Positions 1-12,540 of a DNA stretch of 64,000 nt are shown here, piece after piece. Source of the DNA: Octopus vulgaris (taxonomy: Eukaryota); the NCBI GenBank assembly GCA_951406725.2, contig OX597816.1, forward strand, positions 14,136,001-14,200,000. The letters run 5' to 3'. The translations under genes were made by a program, and so were the position numbers. The notes below the pieces were generated by a model. The model did no database searches and had not been told where the DNA came from. It saw only the letters and a program-made list of their open reading frames with translations. How positions within the stretch are numbered: position 1 is the first letter of the stretch; every line of letters starts with the position of its first letter.

Positions 1-116
1 GTCGTGTGTTATACAACAGCAGTGGCATGTCTGGTTCAAGTTCATCCCATACGCGCCGCACACATACATACATACATACATAATACATACCTACATATAT
101 ACATATATACATATAA

Positions 117-165
<49 letters not shown>

Positions 166-167
166 AA

Positions 168-394
168 GGCGAGCTGGCAGAAACGTTAGCACGCCGGGCG
201 AAATGCGTAGCCGTATTTCGTCTGCCGTTACGTTCTGAGTTCAAATTCTGCCGAGGTCGACTTTGCCTTTCATCCTTTCGGGGTCGATAAATTAAGTACC
301 AGTTACGCACTGGGGTCGATAGAATCGACTTAATCCGTTTGTCTGTCCTTGTTTGTCCCCTCTGTGTTTAGCCCCTTGTGGGTAGTAAAGAAAT
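168..394 (+). mobile_element. tRNA-derived SINE, family A
   Basis: Starts GGCGAGCTGGCAGAAACGTTAG, has a B-box-like GAGTTCAAATTC, central GTCGACTTTGCCTTTCATCCTTTCGGGGTCGATAAA and tail ending GGGTAGTAAAGAAATA; about 20 related copies in the window. Confidence 0.9.
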
Positions 395-405
395 ATATAT
401 ATATA

Positions 406-648
406 TATTTCTTTATTGCCCCCAGGGGGCTAGGGGGCTAAACGAAGAAGGCACAAACAAGGACGGACAAAGGGATTAAGTCGATTATATCGACCCCACC
501 CAGTGCGTAACTGGTACTTATTTAATCGACACCGAAAGGATGAAAGGCAAAGTCGACCTCGGCGGAATTTGAACTCAGAACGTAAAAACAAACGAAATGC
601 CTCCAAGCATTTCGCCCGGCGTGCTAACGTTTCTGCCAGCTCGCCGCC
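406..648 (-). mobile_element. SINE family A, inverted and tail-to-tail with the previous copy
   Basis: Reverse complement of the family A consensus, separated from 168-394 by a short (TA)n. Confidence 0.9.
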
Positions 649-960
649 TTAACAACAACAACAACAACAACAACATCAACAACAATAGTAATCCTTGTGT
701 TCATGCGTGTGCATTTGTGAGTGTCATTTATATGACTGTAGTGATTTGTTTATATTTTCAGAAAGAAAACGTTGAGTTTTAAAATAAAGTGTTTCCTAAA
801 ATGTCTGCGTGATTCTGGCCTCAGCTGCACACATGTATGCGTCTGTTTATGCATACTTGCACATAAACCTGTTAGCGCACTTATATACTCACCTGCTTAC
901 GTACATACACACATACATACGCAACACATACTCACCACACACATTATAAAAGTATAAATA

Positions 961-963
<3 letters not shown>

Positions 964-1016
<53 letters not shown>

Positions 1017-1034
1017 GTCTGTCTATCCATCAAG

Positions 1035-1075
<41 letters not shown>

Positions 1076-1110
1076 CATTTATCTCTCTATCTATCTCTCT
1101 ATCTATCTCA
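964..1110. repeat. (TC)n/(TATC)n microsatellite
   Basis: Direct reading. Confidence 0.95.
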
Positions 1111-1134
1111 CACACGTACACATACACACACACT

Positions 1135-1272
1135 CTAGTGTAGCTACGAGGGGTGGTAGGGGCGGTCCATCCCAGGCGGCACTTTTAAAGGGGCGGTACT
1201 TTTGGGTCTGCTGTAGGCAATATGTGTTTTTTGTGGAGCCCGGGGGCGGCACAGACTTTAGCTGCACTAGTG
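1135..1272. mobile_element. Small GC-rich MITE
   Basis: Terminal inverted repeats CTAGTGTAGCTA ... TAGCTGCACTAG; flanked by CA repeats on both sides. Confidence 0.55.
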
Positions 1273-1399
1273 CACACACAGAACAATATACAAAAATGTA
1301 TACAAACTTTTACAACCCATAACTTACTAAAACTATTTTATTTTCTTTTATTTATTTATTTTTTTGTTTGTTTCAGACTCGAACGATTGTAAATAACGG

Positions 1400-1625
1400 T
1401 CAAAATAATACAAAACTTTGGAAAAAATGGAAATTATTTTCAAGAGGTTCCAGAAGTGTGGGAACGAAACTGAAGTACGAAGACGTTTGAGAACGAAAAT
1501 TCAAACAGATCCACCAACGTGAGTCATCGTTGGTTTCATAGAAACGAGTTTGATACAGAAAGAACTAAGGACAACAAAACCATCAGAATTCTGGAAGACC
1601 GCACACTTTCACGATCATCTACAAA
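1400..1625 (+). mobile_element. Decayed Tc1/mariner-superfamily transposase N-terminus (DUF4817-like HTH)
   Basis: Translates as NETEVRRRLRTKIQTDPPT...SGRPHT with stops and frameshifts. Confidence 0.45.
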
Positions 1626-1974
1626 CCCCACGAGAGAAAAAATAAAAAAATAAATAAATAAACTGCTGAAAACTTGCCATCGATTCTAAGTTAGACCATT
1701 CTTCTTCGACAGCATTTGTGTCTCTCCATAAAATTCAAATGTGTTTTTAAATCCTTTTTCTACATTTTACCTGTTTGCTTTTTAAAAAAAAAAATATGTT
1801 GAACTATAAAAGCTTCAGATTTAGTAATGGTGACTGGATTTGAATGATTTTTGAATGCTGTAAATAAAAAAAAAAAACAATGTATCAAGCTTAACTCGGA
1901 GTGATGGACTTTGAATCGAATGTTTCAAATTTTGAAATGTGGAAATATCCAACAACTGTAGTAAAAACGGCGAT

Positions 1975-2284
1975 TTCTTTTCTAGGCACAAGGCCCGAAA
2001 TTTGGGGGTGGGCGACCAGTTGATTAGATTGATCCCGGTACGCAACTGGTACTTAATTTATCGACCCCGAAAGCAAAGTCGATCTTGGCGGAATTTGAAC
2101 TCAGAACGTAAAGACAGACGAAATATCTATTTCTTTACTACCCTCAAGGGGCTAGACACAGAGGGGACAAACAAGGACAGATACACGGATTAAGTCAATT
2201 AATTTACCGACCCCGAAAGGATGAAATTTACCGACCGCTAAGCATTTCGCCCGGCGTGCTAACGTTTCTGCCAGCTCGCCGCCT
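1975..2284 (-). mobile_element. SINE family A dimer with internal deletion
   Basis: Reverse complement of family A including the internal multimer junction. Confidence 0.85.
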
Positions 2285-3339
2285 TAAATGTGGTGATTTC
2301 TATAAAGATAATGGTGTGAAAACTTATAAAATCAAAATATTTCACTTTTATAATTTGTAGAAGAAAAAAATCTTCAAATTTTCAGTAGATGGAGAGGGTG
2401 GTAGTAAAGGGGAAGATAAGCAAATTTGAAGGAAGACAAACTTGTGGTCTGGTAATTGGTGCAATGAATATCTGAAGGTTATACAAAAAGTATACAAAGA
2501 ACCCAAGTGGAAAAGGCCTCACGGCTAAACCAAATAGATGAACAATCTAAAAGACACACACATATACGCACACAAGCACCCTTAAAAGTTTGGTTTCTCA
2601 TTACGTTTCATTCGAGCATTTGGAAGTTCAGAGTTGCCATTATCAGAATTCTGGAGTCCCCTCCCTTCACCAGCATGACCCCAGTCATGTTCTGTCCCTT
2701 TCTATCCTTTAATTTCACATCCATGATAAGCTTCCATTTTGACCCTCTTTTCAGAAATGAGGAACTACGTTCTTAATAGCAGCTCTTCAATTTTTTTTTT
2801 GTAATGTAGGAAATATTAGACGAAAATGTTTAGCATCGATATAATGTTTGTTTCCAACCAAAATCTTCATATATATACCTCGACATTTATGGTACTTCGA
2901 CTCAACAGACGAAACGATTCTCAAACGATTTTTGCTTGTTTGCTGTCGACATCAATACTGAAAATAGAATCTCCTTCCATAGAAACTGGAATATCGAAAG
3001 TTTAATGAGCTGCAGAACCGCTTTTATAGAACAATAAACGCAGCCAGTCCTGTAGAACAACACTGAGAACTGGTTGATCCAGTATGGTGTCAAAAACATG
3101 TCGTTAACCTTCGATATTTCGTTCAATATTTCTTTACGATTGTTTGCATCAGTTTTCCGTTAGTTGTTGTTGTTGTTATTGTTGTTGTTTTTGGCGGTGT
3201 CGGGAGGTCAGTGACGAAACTTAGTTGCATCTGGTACGGAAGAGTGTAGAAATATAATTTTAGGACAACATTTTTTCGGTGGGGGGCATAAAATATCAAG
3301 TAGAACATAATACCGTGCCTACAAATACAAGTGCAGACG

Positions 3340-3543
3340 ATGCCGCGGCCATTCTGGAGCACCGTCTTGAAGAATTTTAGTCGAACGAATCGACACTAGT
3401 ACTTATATTTGTTAAAGTCTGGCACATATTTTGTCGTTCTCTTTTGCCGAACTGCGATGTTACGGAGGTATAAACACACCAACACCGGTTGCCAAGCGGT
3501 GCTGGAGGACAAATAGACACAAAGATACACACACACACACATC

Positions 3544-3586
<43 letters not shown>

Positions 3587-4062
3587 TAACTTAGTGTATC
3601 TACGAGATACCGCCATGCTGAAGATAGCAGCCAGGATCTGACTCTAAAACCACATTAAGTGTTCATATAGCACAAGGAAGACAAAAAGACAATATAAAAC
3701 TAGTAAAAAATTACTGGATAATTCCAGATCCCGAATTTCTGGCTTTGCTTCATCAGTGGAATATACACAGAGAGAAACATAAATACATACATATATATAT
3801 AACATATGAATACTTACATATACGAATGTATGCATACATATATATGCCCGTATGCAACATGACCAGTTTCAAATGCCCGCTCGTATATATATATATATAC
3901 GATGAACTTCTTTCAGTTTCCGTCCACCAAATCCTCTCACAGGGCTTTGGTCAATCCGAGGCTATATAGAAGACACTTACTCAAGGTTCCATGCAGTGGG
4001 ACTGAACCCAGAACCATGTGGCTGGGAAACAAACTTCGTACCACACAGCCACGCTTGCGCCT
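3340..4062 (-). mobile_element. SINE family B split by microsatellites and an inserted Penelope-like cassette
   Basis: 3' half at about 3340-3530 and 5' half at about 3900-4062 match family B (see 46381-46790). Confidence 0.75.
3721..3762 (-). ncRNA. Minimal type I hammerhead ribozyme-like motif (Penelope-type)
   Basis: Minus strand reads ATTCCA-CTGATGA-AGCAAAGCCA-GAAAT-TCGGG-ATC-TGGAAT: intact core boxes, 6-bp stem I, weak stems II and III. Confidence 0.6.
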
Positions 4063-4224
4063 ATATTACAAAATTCAAGAATTGATCATAAAATATAGTT
4101 TAGTATAATTTTAGTAAATCCTTACAAAATGAAATGACCAGTTTATTAAATCTTGTTTATTATAATTTTTTTTAGTTTAATAGAAACTGAAAGATTTATT
4201 ATATTTGCGCTTTCAGCACTGAAA

Positions 4225-5172
4225 ACAGACGACACTTATTTCCTCGTTTTAATCGAAAAATATTTTGGTAACCAATATGACTAGATGGAATAAAATCGAG
4301 ACAGTTAATGCGTGGGCGATAGCATCGCTTCGGTGTGGAGTGGGAATTATAAAATGGCAAAAGAGAGAAATGAAGAAAATGGATATCAAGACCAGAAAAA
4401 AAGATGCCTTGGAGCCACTGTTGAAACACACGAAAAATGCTGGTATCCTCAAAATTGAAAATTGCGTAGCTAAAGAAACATTTAAACAAGAAATGAACAA
4501 AAAAAAGAGAAAAGCGTGGAAGGAAAAGAAAACGTAAGGCCAGTTTGCAAAATATGTGAACGCCAAGAAATTAAAGTCAAGGTCAGCGAGGCGTATCAAA
4601 AAAGGATGAAGATGGTGTTGAAATCCAACCTGAATGCCAAACATTTTATTACAGCAATGAATACTGGGCAGTTGCGGTGATCAGATATAGTGCGTCCATC
4701 CTCAAATGGATTAAGGAGGAAATATCAACACTGGATAGAAGGACGAGAGAGTTGATGACGCTGCATAGGGCGCTACACCCTAAAGCAAACGTAAACAGAC
4801 TGTATCTGAAAAGAAAGATGAGTAATTAGTACAGACCATTGTATAAGGAGTGAAAGGAGAACGCATGCTGAGTATTTGATAAATAGTGATGAAGACCTGC
4901 TGCAATATGTCGCGAAAGATATGGGTGTAAATGCAGATGAAATGATGGACAAGGAAGAGTTAAAGATAATGAGGGGAAAGGAAGAGGTTAAGGCTAATAC
5001 AGCATCGTGGACATGGCTTGAGCGAGGTGATTTGAAGTGTATCACCGAAAGCCTGATCATTGCTGCACAAGACCAGGCTCTCGCTACCAATTCAGTGAAG
5101 TATAACATCTATAAAAATTCTGACACCCAGAAATACAGAGTCTGTGGAAAGAGTGTGGAAAATGTGACCCAC
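4225..5172 (+). mobile_element. Two decayed R4/Dong-like non-LTR RT fragments (thumb to zinc-knuckle region)
   Basis: NKIETVNAWAIASLRCGVGIIKW; LHRALHPKANVNRLYLKRK; SWTWLERGDLKCITESLIIAAQDQAL...RVCGKSVENVTH, all typical of R4-clade ORFs; disrupted. Confidence 0.8.
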
Positions 5173-5440
5173 TCTAATTATTAATTATCGTCGTTAGAAT
5201 GTTTGAGTCCGTTATCATCAGCCACAGTCAACTTGTGGGATTATCAATTCGTGGTATTATCTCCTGTCATAAACAACTTGGAATATTCAAGTAACCCCCA
5301 ACTGAACTGAAATTTCGCAAAATAACTTCGTTAACATAAACAGATCTTGAATAGAGATATGGCGCGGGGCTTAAATTAACGGACATCATTAATGTTTAAA
5401 AGGCGCATGTGAAGGCGTGTGCCCTATATGCGCCCTATGT

Positions 5441-5785
5441 GAAGGCGCATGGCTCAGTGGTTAGAGCGTCGAGCTTACGATGGTGAGGTTGTGAGTTCGA
5501 ATCCCGGACCGGGATGCGTATTGTGTTCTTGAGCAAGACACTGTATTTCACGTTGCTCCAGTTCCCTCAGCTGTAGAAATGAGTTGCGACGTCACTGGTG
5601 CCAAGCTGTATCGGCCCCTTTGCCTTTCCCTTGGATAATACTGGTGTCGTGGAGAGAGGAGGGCAGTATGCATGGACGACTGCTGGTCTTCCATAAACAA
5701 CCTTGCCCAGACTTGTGCCTCGAGGGGGGGGGGCGAGGTAACTTTCTAGGTGCAATCCCATGGTCGGTCATGACCGAAGGGGGCC
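5441..5785 (+). mobile_element. tRNA-derived SINE, family C variant
   Basis: A box TGGCTCAGTGG, B box GAGTTCGAATCC, core TTGCTCCAGTTCCCTCAGCTGTAGAAATGAG. Confidence 0.85.
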
Positions 5786-6215
5786 TCAGCAGTTTTTAAA
5801 ATTTATAAGACTTGATAAAGTTCTTATTTAAAACTATATCGTGAGACATTGCTCTTCGCCAATATGTTTTAGCTTTTGAAATGACCATGATCTCTAATCT
5901 TTAATGGCTTCCTCGGCAGTAACGTCACTGGGGAGGAGAGAAGAAGGAGGGCAAAGATGTCGTTCGTCATGGTGACGCTTTTATAGACACGGCATTTTTC
6001 GGCCAGCTGTTTTAGCCCGTGTAGGCTTGGGAACCCGTGAACAGCAAACTCAAGGGCTTCCACATGGGGCATACACTTTAGCTACGGCACTGTCCCTCAG
6101 TATTCTTTAACGTGACACTATAGTCTACTAGCTTTCATTAGAGCACACTGGTGCAATTAGATAATGGATGATCAACCTAAACTTAGCTCTGGTATCTTAT
6201 TAATTCGGTGGCCAT

Positions 6216-7481
6216 GACACTCAAATTCAAAATAGTCTAAGTCCACCTAGCTTCAGAGAGACATAGCATAGCAATAATAATGAACGAAAATAAAGTTATT
6301 GGGAAAAAGTCACAATTTTCACTACGAAAAAGTCACAACTTTAACTACGTAAAAGTATTATATTTCGTTTAAATACCATAAATAATAGCTAAAGTAATAA
6401 AACCTTTTATCGCTTATTAACGGATTTATGTCTCGTACAAAAATGGCAACATAATTTGTATGATGGCCGTTACGTGTGAGATAAAAAACATCATTTTGCT
6501 CTTAATGGATATTTTAATTAAAACAAGGAAATAAGGCAGAAACATTAAATCAATTACTTATTAATTCTTCTTGTGATTCTCCGTCCTCTGAATTTGCAAA
6601 GACAGCTTTCTTCACCAAACGGACACTTAAATTTGAGATAGAATAAGTCCACGTAGCTTCAGAAAGAGAGAGAGAGAGGCGGGGACGGAGAGTGAGATAG
6701 AGAGACAGACAGACAGATAGACAGACAGACAGACACACAAAGCGACAGAGACAGAGACACAGAGAGAGAGGGAGAGAGAGTGCATGGTAAGAATAGACAA
6801 TGGAAAAAGTGACGAGAAAAAGTCACAATTTTGACTAGGAAAAAATGTCACATTACATTTAAATAAAATAAATAATAGTGAGGTTAATATATCTTATTTT
6901 AAATCGCTTATTAAGTGATTTATGGCTCTTACGAAATGACAACATAATTAATATGATGGCTATTATGCGTGCGATACAAAGTATTTCTTTAAAATTCGAT
7001 ATCTTAATTAAAACAATGAGACGACACAAACGTGAAATCAGTCGTTCATTCATTTTTTGCTGTAATTTTTTTACCCTAGACTCGCAAGAGTAGCTCCCTT
7101 CTAGAAGCCGACACTTAAATTTGAAGGCGGCTAAATTTGCATAATTTCAGAAAAAGATAATACTTGACAATAAATGAGAATAGAAATAAAGTCATAGGAA
7201 AAAACATCACAATTTTTACTACAAAAAATGTCACATTTTATTTAAATAACCATAAATAATAGTTGAAGTAATAAAACATTTATTTTAAATCGTTTATTAT
7301 TTATGACTACCACGAAATTAGATTATATGACGGTCACAATGCGTGCGATAAAGACATCAATTTTTATTCGTTATCTTAATTAATACAATGAAACAAAGCT
7401 AATATCATATCAATCATTTATTTTATTTTTCTTTTGATATTTTTTTACCTGAATTATCCAGAAGACTCATTGACTACAAGC
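6216..7481. repeat. Diverged tandem triplication, unit about 370-490 bp
   Basis: Units start GACAC(T)(C/T)AAATT at 6216, 6622 and 7110 and share TCACAATTTT, ATAAATAATAG and GATA..TTAATTAA blocks in the same order. Confidence 0.8.
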
Positions 7482-7574
7482 GACAACAACAACATAAACT
7501 AACGAATGCTTCATCAGATATATTGACCTACACTTCTCTTAAAGACGTGAAATATCAGTTCATAAAGATATCTG

Positions 7575-7972
7575 GAACTGTCAAAGCGCAGTATTCGAAC
7601 AATTTTGCTCTTCAACTTCAAAAAAGGATGAATAGCAGCCGAAACTGCTCGCGATATCAACGGAACGTTTGGTGAGGAAATTACCAGTGAGTGGTCGACT
7701 CGAAAATGGTTTAAACGATTTCGCAGTGGAGACCCGAGCCTTGAAAATCGTGAGCGTAGTGGACGCCCAACTGTCATCGATGACGGTCAATTAAAGACCG
7801 TCATTGAGAAAAATCCACGTAAAACCAATCGAGAAATGAAAAAAGAACTTCAAGTTAACCAGAAAACTACCTGCAACTATTTGCATGCGATCAGAAAATC
7901 AAAAAAGCTCGACAAATGAGTACCACACGATGTGAATGAAAATCAGAAAATGCACAGATATGAAATTTGCTA
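7575..7972 (+). mobile_element. Mariner transposase pseudogene fragment (N-terminal HTH to WVPHEL linker)
   Basis: IRTILLFNFKKG*IAAETARDINGTFGEE...RKWFKRFRSGDPSLENRERSGRP...KKLDK*VPHDVNENQK. Confidence 0.9.
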
Positions 7973-8150
7973 GTGGAATTTTTATGTTACCGTAATAAAC
8001 AACCTTGTAACTCGTTAGCAAATATGAGTTGATTGTAATGGTACTTACTTTGATGAATAAAATTTCTGCATTGGTGAAATATTTTGTGATGGATTTCATG
8101 TTTCAAGATGTTGTTTGCTTTTTACTCAGCCTGATATACACACACATATG

Positions 8151-8192
<42 letters not shown>

Positions 8193-8215
8193 GAGAGAGA
8201 GAGAGTGAGAGTATA

Positions 8216-8612
8216 GCAGGGAGTGACTGTGTGGTAAAAAGTTTGCTGCCCACCTACATGGTTCCAGGTTCAGTCCCATTGCATGGCACCTTGAGCAAGT
8301 GTCTTCTACTATAGCCTCGGGTTGACCAAAACCCAGTGAATGGTTTGGTAGACGGAAGCTGAAAGAAGCCCGTCGTATATGTGTATATATATACGTGTGT
8401 GTGTTTTTGTCTTTGTACCTGTGCTTGTACCTCATTACCGCTGGATAACTGGTGTTGGTGTGTTTATGTCCCCGTAACTTAGCACTTCGGCATAAGAAAC
8501 CGATAAAATATGTACCAAGCTTTAAAAATAGGTACAGGGGGCGATCCGTTCGACTAAAATTCCAGGCGGTGACCCTGTATGACTGCAGCCCAATGCCTGA
8601 AACAAGTATAAA
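8216..8612 (+). mobile_element. SINE family B
   Basis: tRNA-like head, GGCACCTTGAGCAAGTGTC core, internal (TA/TG)n and family B tail. Confidence 0.85.
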
Positions 8613-8657
8613 AATGTACGTGTGAGTATGTGTGTGTGTGTGTGTGCGTGTGTGTGC

Positions 8658-8689
<32 letters not shown>

Positions 8690-8724
8690 TGTGTGTGTGT
8701 TGTGTTGTGTTGTGTGTGTACGTA

Positions 8725-9270
8725 CTGGGTGCAGTATATATCATAAAATAAAATGTTTTAGGTTCTGATTAGTGAAAACTGATTATTATATTTATCATCA
8801 ATATTTTATATTTAACTACAATTAAAAATGGACACCTTTTACTTCCACCATCGCCCTTAATTTTTTCTCATCTGAAGTGCATGACTTCTCCACCTCTTCG
8901 TTCAGTCTAGCGGCGTCAATGATTCTCCTGGTACGAAGTGAATGGTGTCTTCCTGAAATTAAATTTGTTGAGGTTGTTTGCACCTATTGAAATATTTTCC
9001 AAGCATTCAAAACAGTTCTTTTCTGCAAATATTCAACTGTTTTATCACCTCACAATTCTTTATACCAGCCATTTTCAATGCCATTATTCGTTTACGTTTT
9101 GTCTGAGCTAGCGTATATAATTAAGAATAAGCAATAAAACAAAAGAATGTCAGGAAACATTATACAACACTGGCAGCCACTTTGGTGTATAAGAATGCGT
9201 CAGTTTATATCTGAATAATGGGTAAATCATGTTTAAACAATTGGTAAATGCACATACCGCGCCGCTATGT
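8725..9270 (-). mobile_element. Internally deleted Tc1/mariner (maT-like) element
   Basis: Minus strand gives RIMALKMAGIKNCEVIKQLNICRK (HTH), then SGR, then RRIIDAA...KLRAMVEVKGVHF (typical C-terminus); DDD core missing. Confidence 0.6.
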
Positions 9271-9537
9271 ATACGTACATCATTTGATGTACACAATTAC
9301 AAAAGAACAAGCAATAGTTTCATGCTTTAAGATACATCAAATTGATAGAATTATATAACATGCCATATATCTCCAATCAAATGTATTTGAAAAACAGGAC
9401 GCTGGTCTATATGAAATCATAACAAAAAAAAATACAACAGAAGATAAAACGAGATAAAGGTTGATACAGAAAGTAGAAAGATCAAAGTTTGTGAGATTTA
9501 ATTTGACAAAAGATTAGCGACATGGAAACGCATATTT

Positions 9538-9925
9538 AGGCGTAGGTGTGGCTGTGTGGTAAGACATTGATGTGGTAACCACATCGATTCGGGTTCAATC
9601 CCACTGCAGGCACTTTAGCAAGTGTATTTTACCTAGCGTCAGGCTGGCCAAAGCCTTGTAATTTATATTAGTAAACAGAAACTGAAAGAAGCACAACGTA
9701 TGTGTGTGTGTGTGTGTGAGTCACCACAACCATAACCGCTTAACAATCGCTGTTAGTGTGTTTACGTCTCCGTAAATTAGCGGATCGGCAAGAAACCGGC
9801 GGAATAAGTAACAGGCTCAACAAAAAATAATGGGGTCGACTCATTCGCCTCAGAATTTTTCAAGGCGGTGTCCCATCATGGCTGCAGTCTAATGACTAAA
9901 TCAAGTAGAAGATAAGAAGATAAAA
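9538..9925 (+). mobile_element. SINE family B (older copy)
   Basis: Diverged match to family B. Confidence 0.8.
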
Positions 9926-9955
9926 AGAAACCTGTCGACACACAGACTCACACAT

Positions 9956-10004
<49 letters not shown>

Positions 10005-10582
10005 GTATATCAAAAGGATGTGTAATAATACTATTCCACAGCCTTACCAACAATCCAATAAAACTAATCCACATATACAAAAACAGCCATCCTAAAAATC
10101 TAACATACCTCCATCATCAGCTGCCCCACGGATATCATTATGGTTTCAACACCTGGGCAGTACCATTCAATTCGGTGGTGTCAATAGCACTAAAATAAGT
10201 GTTGTTTGGGAACAAACACACCAAAGAAAGTACAACTTTCAAACACATTTATCCTATGTGCAACCGTATCGATAAATAAATTTCATAAACAAATTACAAC
10301 CACTCCCATATATATATGCACGTTGATGTATGTCGAACGAATGAGAAGGAAGTACTCAATACATGTTATAGAGGATATGTCTTTCAATTGAAAATAAAGC
10401 TGAGAATGTGTCTCGAGCGTGCCCCTGAAGATCCCAATGATCTGAAGCTTGAGCAGCGAGACAAAGTCTCAGCGTCAGTGTCAATAAAAAAAAACTAAAC
10501 ACACACACACTTGCAATATATGCAGGTACTCTCACACATACAAATAATAGGAACTGAGAACATGCAATATTTTGTGAAAGGA

Positions 10583-11201
10583 GGCGGCGAGCTGGCAGAA
10601 ACGTTAGCGTGCCGGGCGAATTGCTTAACGCTATTTCATCTGTCTTTATGTTCTGAGTTCAAATTCCGCCCAGGTTGACTTTACCTTTCATCCTTTCGCG
10701 GTCGATAAAATAAGTACCAGTTACGCGCTGGGGTTGATATAATCGACATAATACCTATGTCTGTCCTTGTTTGTCCCCTCTACGTTTGGCCCCATGTGGG
10801 TAGTAAAGAAATAGGTATTTCGTCTTTCTTTACGTTCTGAGTTCAAATTCTTCCCAGGTCGACTTTGCCTTTCATCCTTTCGAGGTCGATTAAATAAGTA
10901 CCAGTTACGCACTGGGGTCGATATAATTGACTTAATCCGTTTGTCTATCTTTGTTTGTCCCCTCTATGTTTAGCCCTTTGTGGGCAATAAAGAAATAAGA
11001 AACGTTAGCACGCCAGGTGAAATGCTTAGCGCTATTTCATCTGTCTTTACGTTCTGAGTTCAAATTCCGCCCAGGTCGACTTTGCCTTTCATCTTTTCAG
11101 GGTCGATAAATAAAGTACCAGTTGCATAGTACTGGAGTCGATCTAATCGACTGGCACCTTCTCACCAAAAAATATCGGGCCTTGTGCCTAGAGTAGAAAA
11201 G
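10583..11201 (+). mobile_element. SINE family A trimer with a 16-bp TSD
   Basis: Three head-to-tail units; flanks AATATTTTGTGAAAGG (10566-10581) and AATATTTTGTAAAAGG (11202-11217). Confidence 0.9.
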
Positions 11202-11621
11202 AATATTTTGTAAAAGGGAAGAAAGCAATTGAAATGTTCTCATCTCATAAAAGTACATACAGACAGTCATTTTAACAATGTACCTGAGATGGAAAACATG
11301 CTCTCAGGTAGTTGTTGTACTATCTCTTACCTGTTACATACCTTTGGCTCGGTTTACGGCTCAATTTTGTTTTTTGTCGCTGTTATTGTTGTTTTTTTCT
11401 TTTTTAATTTCGCTCTTTACATTTCCTCTGCTGCTTTTCATATTACTTCAATATCATCCTCTTCATCCACATCCTGCTGCTGCTGCGGCTGCTGCTGCTT
11501 TTTAAGTTTTGAATACTTCTTCTTCTTCCAGTTGTCGACTTCGTGTTCCGTTCATCTTTCTGATATTTCCATTATTTCTACCCACCTGGCTTTTTCCTTT
11601 TTCCCAGTCCTTTCTCTTCAA

Positions 11622-11638
11622 CATCATCATCGTCGTCG

Positions 11639-11676
<38 letters not shown>

Positions 11677-11735
11677 ATCATCATCATCATCATCATCATC
11701 ACCACCATCACTATCATCACCAACATCACCATTTC
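11622..11735. repeat. Compound (CAT)n/(CGT)n/(CAC)n trinucleotide microsatellite
   Basis: Direct reading; source of the poly-H/R/D ORFs. Confidence 0.95.
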
Positions 11736-12149
11736 TATCACTCGTCATCTTTTTCTTCTTTTTGTTTTTCGCCTTCTCTTCCTTCATACACCCACAGACA
11801 CATACAGACACACACACACACACACACACACATACACACACACACTCGACTGATTCACATTCTTAGGGTAGAGCAAACATACAATATTGCTTGGAATATG
11901 GAACAAACGAATCCCAAATTTTCGGGCTTCGGCTACACATCGGTGCTAATAAGAGAGTAGAACTAAAAACTAACAATAACAGTTTTACAGAAATGTATTT
12001 TTTTCAGCGAAACGTAGTTCACTGGACCAGATCTGGTCTTCATTTTCCGTTGTTGGTGTTGTGGTTATTTAACTCCAAGTCCACCCTAACTTGGGGTGCC
12101 CCAGTCATGATTATCATCTCTTTTATTCAATAAGGACTTCCTTCTCCCA

Positions 12150-12540
12150 AATGTGCCTCCTTTTTAAGATGGTGGACCATAACATCTCCGGTTGTATTTG
12201 TACTTGTGACGGCATTCACCCAGGGTGGGCTGAGCCGGCTTCGTCTCTGTTCCTAACGGCATCACGAACCCTGGCGGCCCACGCTCGACAGTCCCGTGCG
12301 AGGTCACTGGAGATAGCAAGCCATTCGCGGTTCCATCTGCGCAGACCGACCACCTGCTGACCTAAGAGTTCGGAGAGGTTCTCCATTATCGTCGTTGCCC
12401 ATCTTCAACTGTCCGCCCGTGTGTTTGTGCCAGTTGGGACATGGAGGTGGGAGGAGGACATCGCGAATCAGCTCACCCTCTGGACGCCGGGCCGCATGGC
12501 CGAACAACCTTAAGCGCCGGTTACCAAGTACTTGCCAAGT
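12150..12540 (-). mobile_element. RTE-like LINE 3' fragment
   Basis: RRLRLFGHAARRPEGELIRDVL...PNWHKHTGGQLK, the RTE C-terminal motif pattern. Confidence 0.75.

Noticed and set aside
10399-10473. CTGAAGA...GAGAC-AAA-GTC as another hammerhead
   Set aside because: GAAA box is mutated and stems I and II are absent; better explained as an imperfect 17-bp inverted repeat
11229-11960. 243-aa ORF with poly-R/poly-H, and the many YIYI, THTH, VCMY and poly-I ORFs throughout
   Set aside because: These are translations of microsatellites that lack stop codons; no domain or splice support
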